A DNA stretch of 64,000 bases from an uncultured Desulfosarcina sp. (lineage in GTDB: Bacteria > Desulfobacterota > Desulfobacteria > Desulfobacterales > Desulfosarcinaceae): positions 1,376,001-1,440,000 of the forward strand of contig CAXXWQ010000004.1 in NCBI GenBank assembly GCA_963674945.2, in the 5' to 3' direction. The notes beneath the pieces were generated by a model that had not been told where the DNA came from, ran no database searches, and was given only the letters and a program-made list of their open reading frames with translations. This document shows positions 41,530 through 50,538 of this stretch, in pieces (within the stretch, counting starts at the first letter, position 1; each line of letters starts with the position of its first letter). The position numbers were made by a program, and so were the translations under genes.

Positions 41530-42435
41530 ATGTCGATTTTTTATCTGATCGCCATTGTTATCCTTTTCCTCATTTCGAGTCTGATGGGATGCATGATGCC
41601 GCAAAAAGCGCTGACAATCAAGGAGAATGAAATGCAATTGACGGAAGATGCCATTTACCGGTCGGACACCGCTTCCGTCGTACCCCGCGAGGAAATGTTT
41701 CATGACCTGGCCCAATTCCGAATCATCTATGTGGGCGAGCAGCACACCAACCCCTCCCACCATGCCAATCAACTGGCGGTGATCAAAGCCATTTTCGAAA
41801 ATGACCCGAAGCTGACCATCGGTATGGAAATGTTCGACCACACCTACCAGCAGGTTTTGGATCAATGGATTGCCGGTGGTTTGGATGAAACCGCTTTTCT
41901 GGAAAAAAGCCATTGGTATGCCAACTGGCGCTTCGATTTCGATCTGTACCGGGGAATATTGGAATATGCGAAGGAAAATCGAATTCGGATCGTGGCCCTC
42001 AACCTGCCATTTCACATCCCCGGGAAAATCAGTACCGGCGGCATCGCAAGCCTCCAAAAGGAGGATCGCCGGCATCTGCCGAAAACAGTGAACCTCGATG
42101 ATGCCGAGCATCGGGCCTATGTGGAAAAGATATTTTCCATGCACGCCCTTCCGGGACGGGAAAACTTCGAACATTTTTATGAGGCCCAATGCGTCTGGGA
42201 AGATGCCATGGCCGAGGCCGTGGCGGAGAACCTGAGTGCCGGGAAAATGGTGGTGATCATCGGAAACGGCCACATCATCCGAAAATTCGGCGTGCCCAAT
42301 CGCGTCTTTTCCCGCAACCACCTGCCTTTCAGGACCATCTATATGGAACCGGTGGGCAACGAGATCGACGCGGACGACGGCGACTACATCTGGGTCACCC
42401 CAAAGACACCCATGCCCCGAATGCCCATGCGGTAG
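41530..42435 (+). CDS. ChaN family (heme-binding/uptake) lipoprotein
   Basis: Lipobox LMGC, YVGEQH...HH..QL, GMEMF, ALN, AQCVWEDAMA, GNGH. Start may be 41488. Confidence 0.85.
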   Translation: MSIFYLIAIVILFLISSLMGCMMPQKALTIKENEMQLTEDAIYRSDTASVVPREEMFHDLAQFRIIYVGEQHTNPSHHANQLAVIKAIFENDPKLTIGMEMFDHTYQQVLDQWIAGGLDETAFLEKSHWYANWRFDFDLYRGILEYAKENRIRIVALNLPFHIPGKISTGGIASLQKEDRRHLPKTVNLDDAEHRAYVEKIFSMHALPGRENFEHFYEAQCVWEDAMAEAVAENLSAGKMVVIIGNGHIIRKFGVPNRVFSRNHLPFRTIYMEPVGNEIDADDGDYIWVTPKTPMPRMPMR

Positions 42436-42477
42436 TTGTTTGACGGATTTCAGCAATCCCTCAGCCGATCCCAATGA

Positions 42478-42648
42478 AGTTTTTCCGTGTGCCCGGTCTT
42501 CGGCCTGCCCCCGGATGACGGCCGGCAGATCATCGACCGCCTCAAACAGACGTTTTTATCCCACTGGCAGTCGGTCTATGCCCGCTTCGGCGTATCAAAA
42601 AAAGACTTCCCCTTCCTGAAAAAAGCCCTCGTTACCCATCTGGTCTGA
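42478..42648 (+). pseudogene. C-terminal fragment resembling HipA-family toxin
   Basis: Reads SFSVCPVFGLPPDDGRQIIDRLKQTFLSHWQSVYARFGVSKKDF...; a TGA immediately upstream (42475) means there is no N-terminus. Confidence 0.5.
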
Positions 42649-42791
42649 CACATGGATATCCGTCGTTTTCGGCATTGCTGGATTATTGCAGGATTATTGT
42701 AGTAATCCAAAGGACTTACTGTTGGCTGTGGGTTGCATAACAATACCAAATACCCATCGGGCGTTGGTAGTGATACACTCTAATAATTTGA

Positions 42792-42980
42792 CTATAGTTT
42801 AGAAGGTATCTTAGGTTGATTGCCCGCTATTTCAACAATGGTTTCCAGGCGGACAATCCTTCTGTCATGGGATTGCAACTCTTTGGAAATTTCAGACAGC
42901 AACATCCCGGCGCGTTCAACCTTATCGGTTAACAGCATGACCTCTTTTACCGCCGCCATTACATCGGCAAAAGTACTCAA
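42792..42980 (-). CDS. Small coiled-coil hypothetical protein
   Basis: 62 aa, TTG start 1 nt after the upstream stop, SD GGGGAG inside the upstream gene. Contains HDRRIVRLET. Confidence 0.7.
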   Translation of the reverse strand: MSTFADVMAAVKEVMLLTDKVERAGMLLSEISKELQSHDRRIVRLETIVEIAGNQPKIPSKL

Positions 42981-42981
42981 A

Positions 42982-43248
42982 TCAACTCCCCCTTAATTGA
43001 TGTAACGCTTTTTCCGCATCGGCGATGCCTTTGTTTAAGGATTTCTTTGCCCTTTTGGCCGCCTGTTGAAGCTCGGCCGTTAAAAGCGCCAACATCTTCT
43101 CCTCATCATTTACCGGTCTTTTTTCGCAACGCTGACGGACAAGTTGAGAAACGCTAATGCCTTCCTTTTTGGCTTCTTTATGCAAATATGCCTTGAAGTC
43201 AGGCGTTCCTAAAATTGTTATGCGTTCCGTTTTAACCGATGTTTGCAT
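42982..43248 (-). CDS. RHH/CopG-like DNA-binding protein with coiled-coil tail
   Basis: KTERITI beta strand, then LHKEAKKEGISVSQLVR, matching the RHH pattern. SD AAGGGG. Confidence 0.72.
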   Translation of the reverse strand: MQTSVKTERITILGTPDFKAYLHKEAKKEGISVSQLVRQRCEKRPVNDEEKMLALLTAELQQAAKRAKKSLNKGIADAEKALHQLRGS

Positions 43249-43271
43249 GATCGACCCCTTTTTTATTCATA

Positions 43272-43314
43272 TTATCATTATCATGATAATATGATAAGGT
43301 GAAGTCGACGTCAA
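43272..43314 (-). promoter_or_regulatory. Sigma70-type promoter overlapped by a repeated operator
   Basis: Minus strand TTGACG-17nt-TATTAT. Four TTATCAT/ATGATAA heptamers (43272-43297) include the perfect palindrome ATTATCATGATAAT. Confidence 0.7.
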
Positions 43315-43342
43315 CTGGAAAAAAGATACTGTTTCTGCGCAA

Positions 43343-45823
43343 TTATCCGCACTTGGTGAACCCGCAGAAATGACAGGTCATACACCCTTCCTCGAAGCTG
43401 ATGGTCTGGCCGCACTCAGGACAGACCTCCCCCATAAGGCTGTTGCCGCGCTTCTTTTTCTTATCTTCCATGAGATAGCGCTTTTCCAGAACGCGTGCGA
43501 TGGCATCGGGTATGGAAAGTACGAGCCCCCCATTCTGAAAAACGGGATGTTCGCCGCCGATCCCTTTCAACTGCTCCACGACCTTGTCCACCGTCACACC
43601 GGATCGAAAGGCCAGGGAGACCAACCGACCGATGGCCTCGGTTTTGGCCGTGGTGGAGCGGCCCGACTTTCCGATGGTGGCGAAAACCTCGAAGGGCTTG
43701 CCGTGATACTCCGTCACCGTCACATAAAGCTGACCCAATCCGGTTTTCACCCTTGTCGTAAAGCCATCTAACGTGTCGGGCCGTTTTCGGACCGCAGTCA
43801 TGAAGGCGTCTTCTTTCCCCTGGGTCGTCGATATGGACAGCACCTGATTCTCCTTGCTGCCATCCCGGTAGATGGTGACCCCCTTACAGCCAAGTTCCCA
43901 GGCCAAGTCGTATATCTTCCGGACATCTTCCACCGTGGTGTCGTGTGCCAGATTAACGGTCTTGGACACGGCGTTGTCCGTGTATTTCTGAAAGGCCGCC
44001 TGCATTCGAAGATGCCACTCCGGGGTAATATCGTGTGCCGTGACAAATACCCCTTTGACCGTTTCGGGTATTTCGGCCATATTTGCGATGGAGCCCGTGG
44101 TCGCCACGGCCTCCATGAGGGCTTCGGAATAGATCCCCTCTTTGCGCACTGCGGCCTCGAAATGGGGATTGACCTCCATTAGCTTGTCATTGTCCATGAC
44201 GGTTCGAATGAAACTTAACGCAAACAGCGGTTCGATACCGGACGAACAATTGCTGATGATGCTCAAGGTGCCGGTGGGGGCGATGGTGGTGGTTGTGGCG
44301 TTGCGGTATGCGGCTTTTTCATCACCGGCAAAACGGCTTTGGCCGTAGTTGGGAAATACACCGCGCTTCCGTGCGAGGGCGAGGGAGGCCTGGTGGGACT
44401 CTTCCTGGATGAAAGCCATGACCTTCTCGGCGACGGCGATTGCCTCGTCGCTGTTGTAGGGGATGGACAGCTGGAACAGAAGATCGGCGAATCCCATCAC
44501 CCCCAATCCGATCTTACGATTCCCCTTGACCATCCGGTCGATGGCGGCAAGGGGATAACGGGACATGTCGATGGTGTTATCCAGGAAGCGAACCGCGGTC
44601 CAGACGGTATTTTTCAGTTCATCGAAATCGATCAACGCATACCCCTTTTCCTGGACCACGAACCTGGACAGATTGATGGATCCGAGGTTGCACGCCTCCA
44701 TGGGCAAAAGCGGCTGTTCGCCACACGGATTGGTACTCTCGATCTCTCCCAGCGCCGGAGTAGGGTTATCCCGGTTGAGGCGATCGAGAAAGACGATGCC
44801 CGGATCCCCGCTTTTCCAGGCGTGTTCGGTCAGGGCCGCATATACCTCGTTTGCATTCAAGGTACCCACGTGCTGCTGATCCCTGGGATCCACCAGGTCG
44901 TAGCTTTCCCCGTTTTCGACGGCTTTCATGAAAGTGTCGGTGATTCCCACGGAGATATTGAAATTATTCAACGATGCCGTATCGGCCTTGCAGTGGATGA
45001 ACTCCATGATATCCGGATGATCCACGCGTAGAATCGCCATGTTGGCACCCCTTCGGGTCCCCCCCTGCTTGACCTGTTCGGTGGCCGTATTAAAGATCTT
45101 CATGAAAGAAACCGGACCCGATGCGATACCGCCGGTTGTTCCCACCATGGAATTCTTCGGCCTCAGGCGGGAAAAGGAAAAACCGGTGCCACCTCCGGAT
45201 TTATGTATGATGGCGGCATTTTTCAGTGAGGAAAAAATCCCTTCCATGCTGTCTTCCACGGGCAGCACGAAGCACGCGGCAAGCTGTCCCAACCGTCTGC
45301 CGGCATTCATCAGTGTGGGCGAGTTTGGCAGAAATTTGAATTGTGTCATCAGTGAATAAAACTGCCCGGCAACTTCTTGGACATCCGCCTTTTCATCGTA
45401 TTGCAGCTCTGCCTGGGCGATGTGGTTGGCCACCCGATGAAACATCTGTACCGGCGTTTCCTTCAATCGGCCGTCCACGTCTTTTTTCAGGTAGCGTCTC
45501 TCCAGAACGGTCTTGGCATTGGTGGAAAGATGCAGACCGTTTTTGATGAACATATCCTTGGTCAGCCGCACGGAGGTTTTGGTGTCCAGGCCGTACTCGG
45601 AAAGTTTGGCCTTAATCAACTCATCCACCATGGGGCCGGTAACGTGACCGAGATCCATCCGTTCGATGGCCGATCGAATGAAATGATAAATCTCTTTGGC
45701 CTGTTTTTCATTCACGGCATTGGCGCCGATCAAGCTTTTACAAAAGGCATGATCATCCCAAACATAGGTGTTCAGGTCCACGTTTCCGTCATGGGTGATG
45801 ATGATTTTCTCTTTGGCGGCCAT
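43343..45823 (-). CDS. nrdJ: Class II (adenosylcobalamin-dependent) ribonucleotide reductase
   Basis: FLPNSPTLMNAG, LAACFV, TNPCGEQ, ACNLGS, TIAPTGT, then a C-terminal TSCPD-like domain and zinc ribbon. Confidence 0.95.
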   Translation of the reverse strand: MAAKEKIIITHDGNVDLNTYVWDDHAFCKSLIGANAVNEKQAKEIYHFIRSAIERMDLGHVTGPMVDELIKAKLSEYGLDTKTSVRLTKDMFIKNGLHLSTNAKTVLERRYLKKDVDGRLKETPVQMFHRVANHIAQAELQYDEKADVQEVAGQFYSLMTQFKFLPNSPTLMNAGRRLGQLAACFVLPVEDSMEGIFSSLKNAAIIHKSGGGTGFSFSRLRPKNSMVGTTGGIASGPVSFMKIFNTATEQVKQGGTRRGANMAILRVDHPDIMEFIHCKADTASLNNFNISVGITDTFMKAVENGESYDLVDPRDQQHVGTLNANEVYAALTEHAWKSGDPGIVFLDRLNRDNPTPALGEIESTNPCGEQPLLPMEACNLGSINLSRFVVQEKGYALIDFDELKNTVWTAVRFLDNTIDMSRYPLAAIDRMVKGNRKIGLGVMGFADLLFQLSIPYNSDEAIAVAEKVMAFIQEESHQASLALARKRGVFPNYGQSRFAGDEKAAYRNATTTTIAPTGTLSIISNCSSGIEPLFALSFIRTVMDNDKLMEVNPHFEAAVRKEGIYSEALMEAVATTGSIANMAEIPETVKGVFVTAHDITPEWHLRMQAAFQKYTDNAVSKTVNLAHDTTVEDVRKIYDLAWELGCKGVTIYRDGSKENQVLSISTTQGKEDAFMTAVRKRPDTLDGFTTRVKTGLGQLYVTVTEYHGKPFEVFATIGKSGRSTTAKTEAIGRLVSLAFRSGVTVDKVVEQLKGIGGEHPVFQNGGLVLSIPDAIARVLEKRYLMEDKKKKRGNSLMGEVCPECGQTISFEEGCMTCHFCGFTKCG

Positions 45824-46048
45824 GGATGCAAATTCTCCGTTGGTTGATGTCAATGGTAAAGACAGGTGTTTCGTATTCGAGACCCTACCTATCGATTCAA
45901 CGACCACCCGGAAAGCGGGTGGCTTGAAATAACGCCGATGGACCGGATTTCCAAAAGCACGTCAGTGCTGTAACGTTCGGGTTGTAACCGGAGGCAAAGC
46001 ACCCGGTTTGAATACTGCGAATAATGGAGGTTGAAGCCTTAAAATCCC

Positions 46049-46095
46049 ATACAACATATTGTATGTCAAGTTTATTTTAACACAACATATGTGGG
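46049..46095. promoter_or_regulatory. Tandem NrdR boxes, nrdJ side
   Basis: atacaacatattgtat (46049) and acacaacatatgtggg (46080), 31 bp apart, resembling acaCwAtATaTwGtgt. Confidence 0.75.
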
Positions 46096-46212
46096 TGTAA
46101 AAGAGGGCGTTGGGACCAAAAAATATTGACCGACAACCCGGGACCGGCACGGTGACGGCATTTTTTTCGCAGCAAACACAAGGGGTTGAACATTCCCACC
46201 GATCGTGTGTGG

Positions 46213-46259
46213 CTACTACATATGGTAAAAGCGTCTTGACAGACAACAACATCTTGTCA
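46213..46259. promoter_or_regulatory. Tandem NrdR boxes, nrdD side, flanking a TTGACA -35
   Basis: ctactacatatggtaa (46213) and caacaacatcttgtca (46244), 31 bp apart. TTGACA at 46236-41. Confidence 0.72.
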
Positions 46260-46345
46260 TATACAACCTACTATTGCCCCGGAACGCCATGGGGCTTTGC
46301 ATTCCCAAACAGTTCGTCGGCGACAGTCCGTCGTGAAGACGCCCT

Positions 46346-48634
46346 TTGGAACAAAATTCGTCGCAACCAATCCGTATTAACCAACTTTTTGCGCCTGAGG
46401 AGAGCCCCGTGATTGAAAAGATCAAAAAGCGTGACAATCGCATTGTCGAGTTTGACCCGTCCAAAATCACCGCCGCCATCGCAAAGGCCGGTCACGCCTC
46501 AAAGGAATTCGGGGAGCGGGAAGCCAAAAAGTTGACCCTTCGGGTCCTGACCCTCGCCCACGAGCTTCGCCTTGGGCCCACGCCTGAGGTGGAAGAGATA
46601 CAGGACATCGTGGAACGGGTGCTGCTGGACTCTCCTTATTACAAAACAGCCAAAGCCTACATCATCTACAGGGAGCAACATGCCCAGATCCGACGCATCG
46701 CCACAGAGGCCCAGGTGGATCTGGTGGACCACTATATCCGAAAACTCGATTGGAAAATCAAAGAAAACAGCAATATGTGCTACTCCCTGCAGGGACTCAA
46801 CAACTACATCTCCTCTGACGTCACGGCGGAGTACTGGCTCAACAAGATCTATCCGCCGGAAATCCGGCGAGCTCATGCCGACGGCGATCTTCACATCCAC
46901 GACCTGAGCCTGTTGTCGGTCTACTGTGTGGGATGGGATCTCACCGATCTTTTGCACAACGGATTCAAGGGTGTCGAGGGAAAGGTAGAGAGTGCCCCTC
47001 CCAAACACCTGCGGTCGGCCCTGGGCCAGATCGTCAACTTCTTCTACACGCTCCAGGGAGAGGCGGCTGGAGCCCAGGCCCTGTCCAATTTCGACACCTT
47101 GCTGGCACCCTTTATCAGATACGACAAACTCAACTATACCAAAGTCAAACAGGCCCTTCAGGAATTCGTCTTCAACATCAACATCCCGACGCGAGTGGGC
47201 TTTCAAACACCGTTTACCAACATTACCATGGACCTCTACGTGCCCGACATGCTGAAGGACAATCCGGTGATCATCGGTGGCAGGGAGATCGATGCCACCT
47301 ACGGTGAATTCCAAGAGGAAATGGATCTTCTGAACCGTGCATTCGCCGAGGTAATGATCGAAGGAGACGCCAAGGGGCGCGTTTTCACCTTTCCCATTCC
47401 CACATACAACATCACCAAGGATTTCGATTGGGACAACCCCAACCTGGACCCCATCTGGCGGATGACCGGGAAATACGGCATCCCCTATTTTTCCAACTTC
47501 GTCAATTCGGACATGTCACCGGAAGACGCCCGCAGCATGTGTTGTCGCCTTCGGTTGGATAACCGTGAACTGCTCAAACGCGGCGGCGGTCTTTTCGGTG
47601 CCAATCCCCTCACCGGTTCCATCGGCGTCGTCACCATCAACCTGCCCCGAATCGGCCACGTGTCCAAGGACGAAACCGAATTCTTCGATCATCTTCGCAT
47701 GCGGGTCGACCTGGCAATCGAGAGCCTGGCTATCAAACGAAAGGTATTGGAACAATTCACCACCAAAAACCTGTATCCCTATTCCAAATTTTACCTGCGC
47801 TCCATAAAGGAGCGATCCGGTGTTTTCTGGAAGAACCATTTTTCCACCATCGGCATCCTCGGCATGAACGAAGCCTGCCTGAACTTTTTGGGAGAGGAAA
47901 TCACGACGGCAAAGGGCCAGGCATTTGCCGTGAAGGTAATGGATGCCCTGCGCAGTATTCTCGCAGAGATGCAGGACCAAACGGGGGATATTTTCAATCT
48001 GGAGGCCACGCCGGCCGAAGGAACATCCTACCGTTTGGCCATGATCGACAAGAAACGTTATCCGGAAATAGTCTGTGCCAACGAAAAAGACGTCCAGATG
48101 GGTGCGGCACCCTACTATACCAACTCCACCCAGTTGCCGGTGAATCACACGGACGATATCTTCGAGACCCTCATGCTGCAGGACAATCTGCAAACCAAGT
48201 ATACCGGCGGTACGGTATTGCACCTGTTTTTGGGAGAACAGGTCTCCGACATCGAGACGGTGAAGGCCCTGGTTCGAAAAGTCTCCGCCAACTATCGACT
48301 CCCCTATTTTACCCTTACCCCCACCTTTTCGGTTTGTCCCTCCCATGGCTATCTCAGCGGAGAACAGACCCGTTGCGCCAAATGCGACCGTGAAACGGAA
48401 GTGTACAGTCGCGTGGTCGGTTACCTTCGGCCGGTAAAACAGTGGAACGACGGGAAACAGGCTGAATACCAGCGGAGAAAAACCTTCCGGGTGGAAAGGA
48501 TCACCGCGGGTGTATCCGCAGCCACGCCCATGAAGATCGGAAAGGGGAAGAAAAAAACCGTGGGTGTGTCACTGCATACGATGGACGCTTCCACCGATTT
48601 GGATGATATGAGCATCCGCCTCAAAACAGTATAG
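46346..48634 (+). CDS. nrdD: Class III anaerobic ribonucleoside-triphosphate reductase
   Basis: ATP cone (IKKRD...FD), HIHDL, SMCCRL, ATPAEG, zinc CxxH/CxxC, glycyl-radical YSRVVGYLRPV. Start 46346 or 46409. Confidence 0.96.
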   Translation: MEQNSSQPIRINQLFAPEESPVIEKIKKRDNRIVEFDPSKITAAIAKAGHASKEFGEREAKKLTLRVLTLAHELRLGPTPEVEEIQDIVERVLLDSPYYKTAKAYIIYREQHAQIRRIATEAQVDLVDHYIRKLDWKIKENSNMCYSLQGLNNYISSDVTAEYWLNKIYPPEIRRAHADGDLHIHDLSLLSVYCVGWDLTDLLHNGFKGVEGKVESAPPKHLRSALGQIVNFFYTLQGEAAGAQALSNFDTLLAPFIRYDKLNYTKVKQALQEFVFNINIPTRVGFQTPFTNITMDLYVPDMLKDNPVIIGGREIDATYGEFQEEMDLLNRAFAEVMIEGDAKGRVFTFPIPTYNITKDFDWDNPNLDPIWRMTGKYGIPYFSNFVNSDMSPEDARSMCCRLRLDNRELLKRGGGLFGANPLTGSIGVVTINLPRIGHVSKDETEFFDHLRMRVDLAIESLAIKRKVLEQFTTKNLYPYSKFYLRSIKERSGVFWKNHFSTIGILGMNEACLNFLGEEITTAKGQAFAVKVMDALRSILAEMQDQTGDIFNLEATPAEGTSYRLAMIDKKRYPEIVCANEKDVQMGAAPYYTNSTQLPVNHTDDIFETLMLQDNLQTKYTGGTVLHLFLGEQVSDIETVKALVRKVSANYRLPYFTLTPTFSVCPSHGYLSGEQTRCAKCDRETEVYSRVVGYLRPVKQWNDGKQAEYQRRKTFRVERITAGVSAATPMKIGKGKKKTVGVSLHTMDASTDLDDMSIRLKTV

Positions 48635-48653
48635 GGCTTTTTATCATATTTTG

Positions 48654-49355
48654 ATGCTTCTGGCCGGTTACCAAAAAAATTCCTTCATCGACTATCCCGG
48701 CAAGATCGCCTGCGTCTTGTTCACCACCGGGTGTAATTTCACCTGCCCCTATTGCCACAACCCGGCGCTCGCACGGGGCGAGTATCCCATGCGGATCGAA
48801 CCGGAGACGATCATGGCCTTTTTGCAGTCCCGCAAAGGACTGCTCGAGGGCGTGACCATTACCGGCGGCGAGCCAACACTGCATCGGGGGGATCTTCTCG
48901 ATTTGTGCAAATCCATCAAAGCCATGGGATACCCGGTGAAGCTGGACACGAACGGCAGCCGGCCCGAAGTGCTGGAAGCGCTGTTGGACCGACATCTGGT
49001 GGATTTTGTCGCCATGGACATCAAGGCACCGTTGGATGCCTACGGCCCTTTTTGCCCTGATCCGGATGTGGGCAAAAGGCTATCTGAAACCATCCGGCTC
49101 ATCCGCTCTTTTGCTCCGGCCTACGAATTTCGAACCACCTGCGTCGCCCCCTTCGTCGACGCCAAGGCAGTAAGAGTCATTTCCGAAACGATCAAGGGTG
49201 CAAAGCGGTACGTCCTTCAACCCTTCAATGGCCGAGGCGTTTGCCTGGATCCGGAATTCGGCCGCCGTCACGACCCTGCCGTGGATGGAAAAACCATGGA
49301 AGAATGGAAGGCGTCAATTCTCCCGAACGTTCCAAATTGTACGATCCGCGGTTAA
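48654..49355 (+). CDS. nrdG: Anaerobic RNR activating radical-SAM protein
   Basis: SFIDYPG, CNFTCPYCHN, TGGEPT, KLDTNG, EFRTT. Confidence 0.95.
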   Translation: MLLAGYQKNSFIDYPGKIACVLFTTGCNFTCPYCHNPALARGEYPMRIEPETIMAFLQSRKGLLEGVTITGGEPTLHRGDLLDLCKSIKAMGYPVKLDTNGSRPEVLEALLDRHLVDFVAMDIKAPLDAYGPFCPDPDVGKRLSETIRLIRSFAPAYEFRTTCVAPFVDAKAVRVISETIKGAKRYVLQPFNGRGVCLDPEFGRRHDPAVDGKTMEEWKASILPNVPNCTIRG

Positions 49356-49428
49356 AGAATAACAACTCACCCGCGGAGCAGGTTTTTTGATGAATCCCCC
49401 CCGAAAAGGGCGAAAAACCAGTTTTATA

Positions 49429-49594
49429 AACGTCGAACACTGAACGTCCAACTTCGAATATCGAATAAGGAATTCTGTCGTTTGTTACAACTTGCAGCCC
49501 GGCTTCACTGGCGGCAACAAACAAAATATTTTTATCAAATGACAGAGCGAAGCGATCTCATCATTCAACGTTGAACGTTCGATGTTCAATGTTC
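49429..49594. repeat. Palindromic element with heptamer-tandem arms
   Basis: Left arm aacgtcg-aacactg-aacgtcc-aacttcg-aatatcg; right arm caacgtt-gaacgtt-cgatgtt-caatgtt. Inner pair tctgtc/gacaga. Confidence 0.8.
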
Positions 49595-49720
49595 CTAAAA
49601 TCTGATGCGAACGGGATGCCTCGCAGGATCGGTCCAAACCTTTTCTGGACTCTCTGGTAGAGACCGAGGTTTCATTGACTGCAATTTTCCAAATCGTGTT
49701 GGAAGTAGATCTTTCCCCTT

Positions 49721-50533
49721 TTACTCTTTTTCCATACCCGCTTTCCGATACAGGTCGAAAAAATGGTGTGTGGGACCGCATCCCTTTCCCAGAGGAAACG
49801 CATTTTCGATGGCACCGGTAACGTACTCTTTCGCCCGCGCCACCGCATCGAAGAAAGTACATCCTTTTGCCATGTAAGCGGCGATGGCCGAAGAGAAGGT
49901 ACACCCCGTGCCGTGGGTATTGACGGTGTCGATACGCCGGCCTTCCAGCAGATTGAATTCTTTCCCATCGAACACCACATCCACGGCAGGTCCCTTTGAC
50001 AGGTGCCCGCCTTTAATCACCACCATTTTCGCCCCCAGGGTGGAAATTTCCCTGGCGGCCGATTTCATCTCTTCCACGTCGCTAATGCTCTTTCCCAAAA
50101 GGGCTTCGACTTCCGGAAGGTTGGGCGTCACCACCTGGGCCAGGGGAAAAAGGTGCTCGATCAACGCCGCCTGGGCATTTGCCTTTAGCAGGGCATAGCC
50201 GCTTTTGGATATCATCACCGGATCGAGAACCACCGGTGGGAGGGCCGAAACGGCGCACAGTGCCCGGCCGATGGCTTCGATGAGGGGTATGCTGGCCACC
50301 ATGCCGATCTTTACGGCATGAATGGAGATGTCATCGAACAGACAACGGATCTGGTCGTGGACGATCTGAGGCCGCATCTCCTGGATGTCATGCACCTTCT
50401 GGGTGTTTTGCACGGTCACCGCCGTCACGGCGCTCATGCCGAATACCCCCAACGCCTGAAAAGTCTTCAGATCCGCCTGGATGCCTGCCCCACCCGAAGA
50501 ATCGGATCCGGCAATGGTCAATGCGACGCGCAT
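49721..50533 (-). CDS. thiD: Hydroxymethylpyrimidine/phosphomethylpyrimidine kinase
   Basis: LTIAGSDSSGGAGIQADLKT, LDPVM, TPNLPE, KGGH, THGTGCT. Confidence 0.97.
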   Translation of the reverse strand: MRVALTIAGSDSSGGAGIQADLKTFQALGVFGMSAVTAVTVQNTQKVHDIQEMRPQIVHDQIRCLFDDISIHAVKIGMVASIPLIEAIGRALCAVSALPPVVLDPVMISKSGYALLKANAQAALIEHLFPLAQVVTPNLPEVEALLGKSISDVEEMKSAAREISTLGAKMVVIKGGHLSKGPAVDVVFDGKEFNLLEGRRIDTVNTHGTGCTFSSAIAAYMAKGCTFFDAVARAKEYVTGAIENAFPLGKGCGPTHHFFDLYRKAGMEKE

Positions 50534-50538
50534 GGTCT

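Noticed and set aside
45824..46048. Cobalamin riboswitch before nrdJ
   Set aside because: No B12-box or other conserved core motifs are visible.
49429..49594. Possible CRISPR array
   Set aside because: The units are 7-mers in inverted arms, with no spacers and no cas genes.
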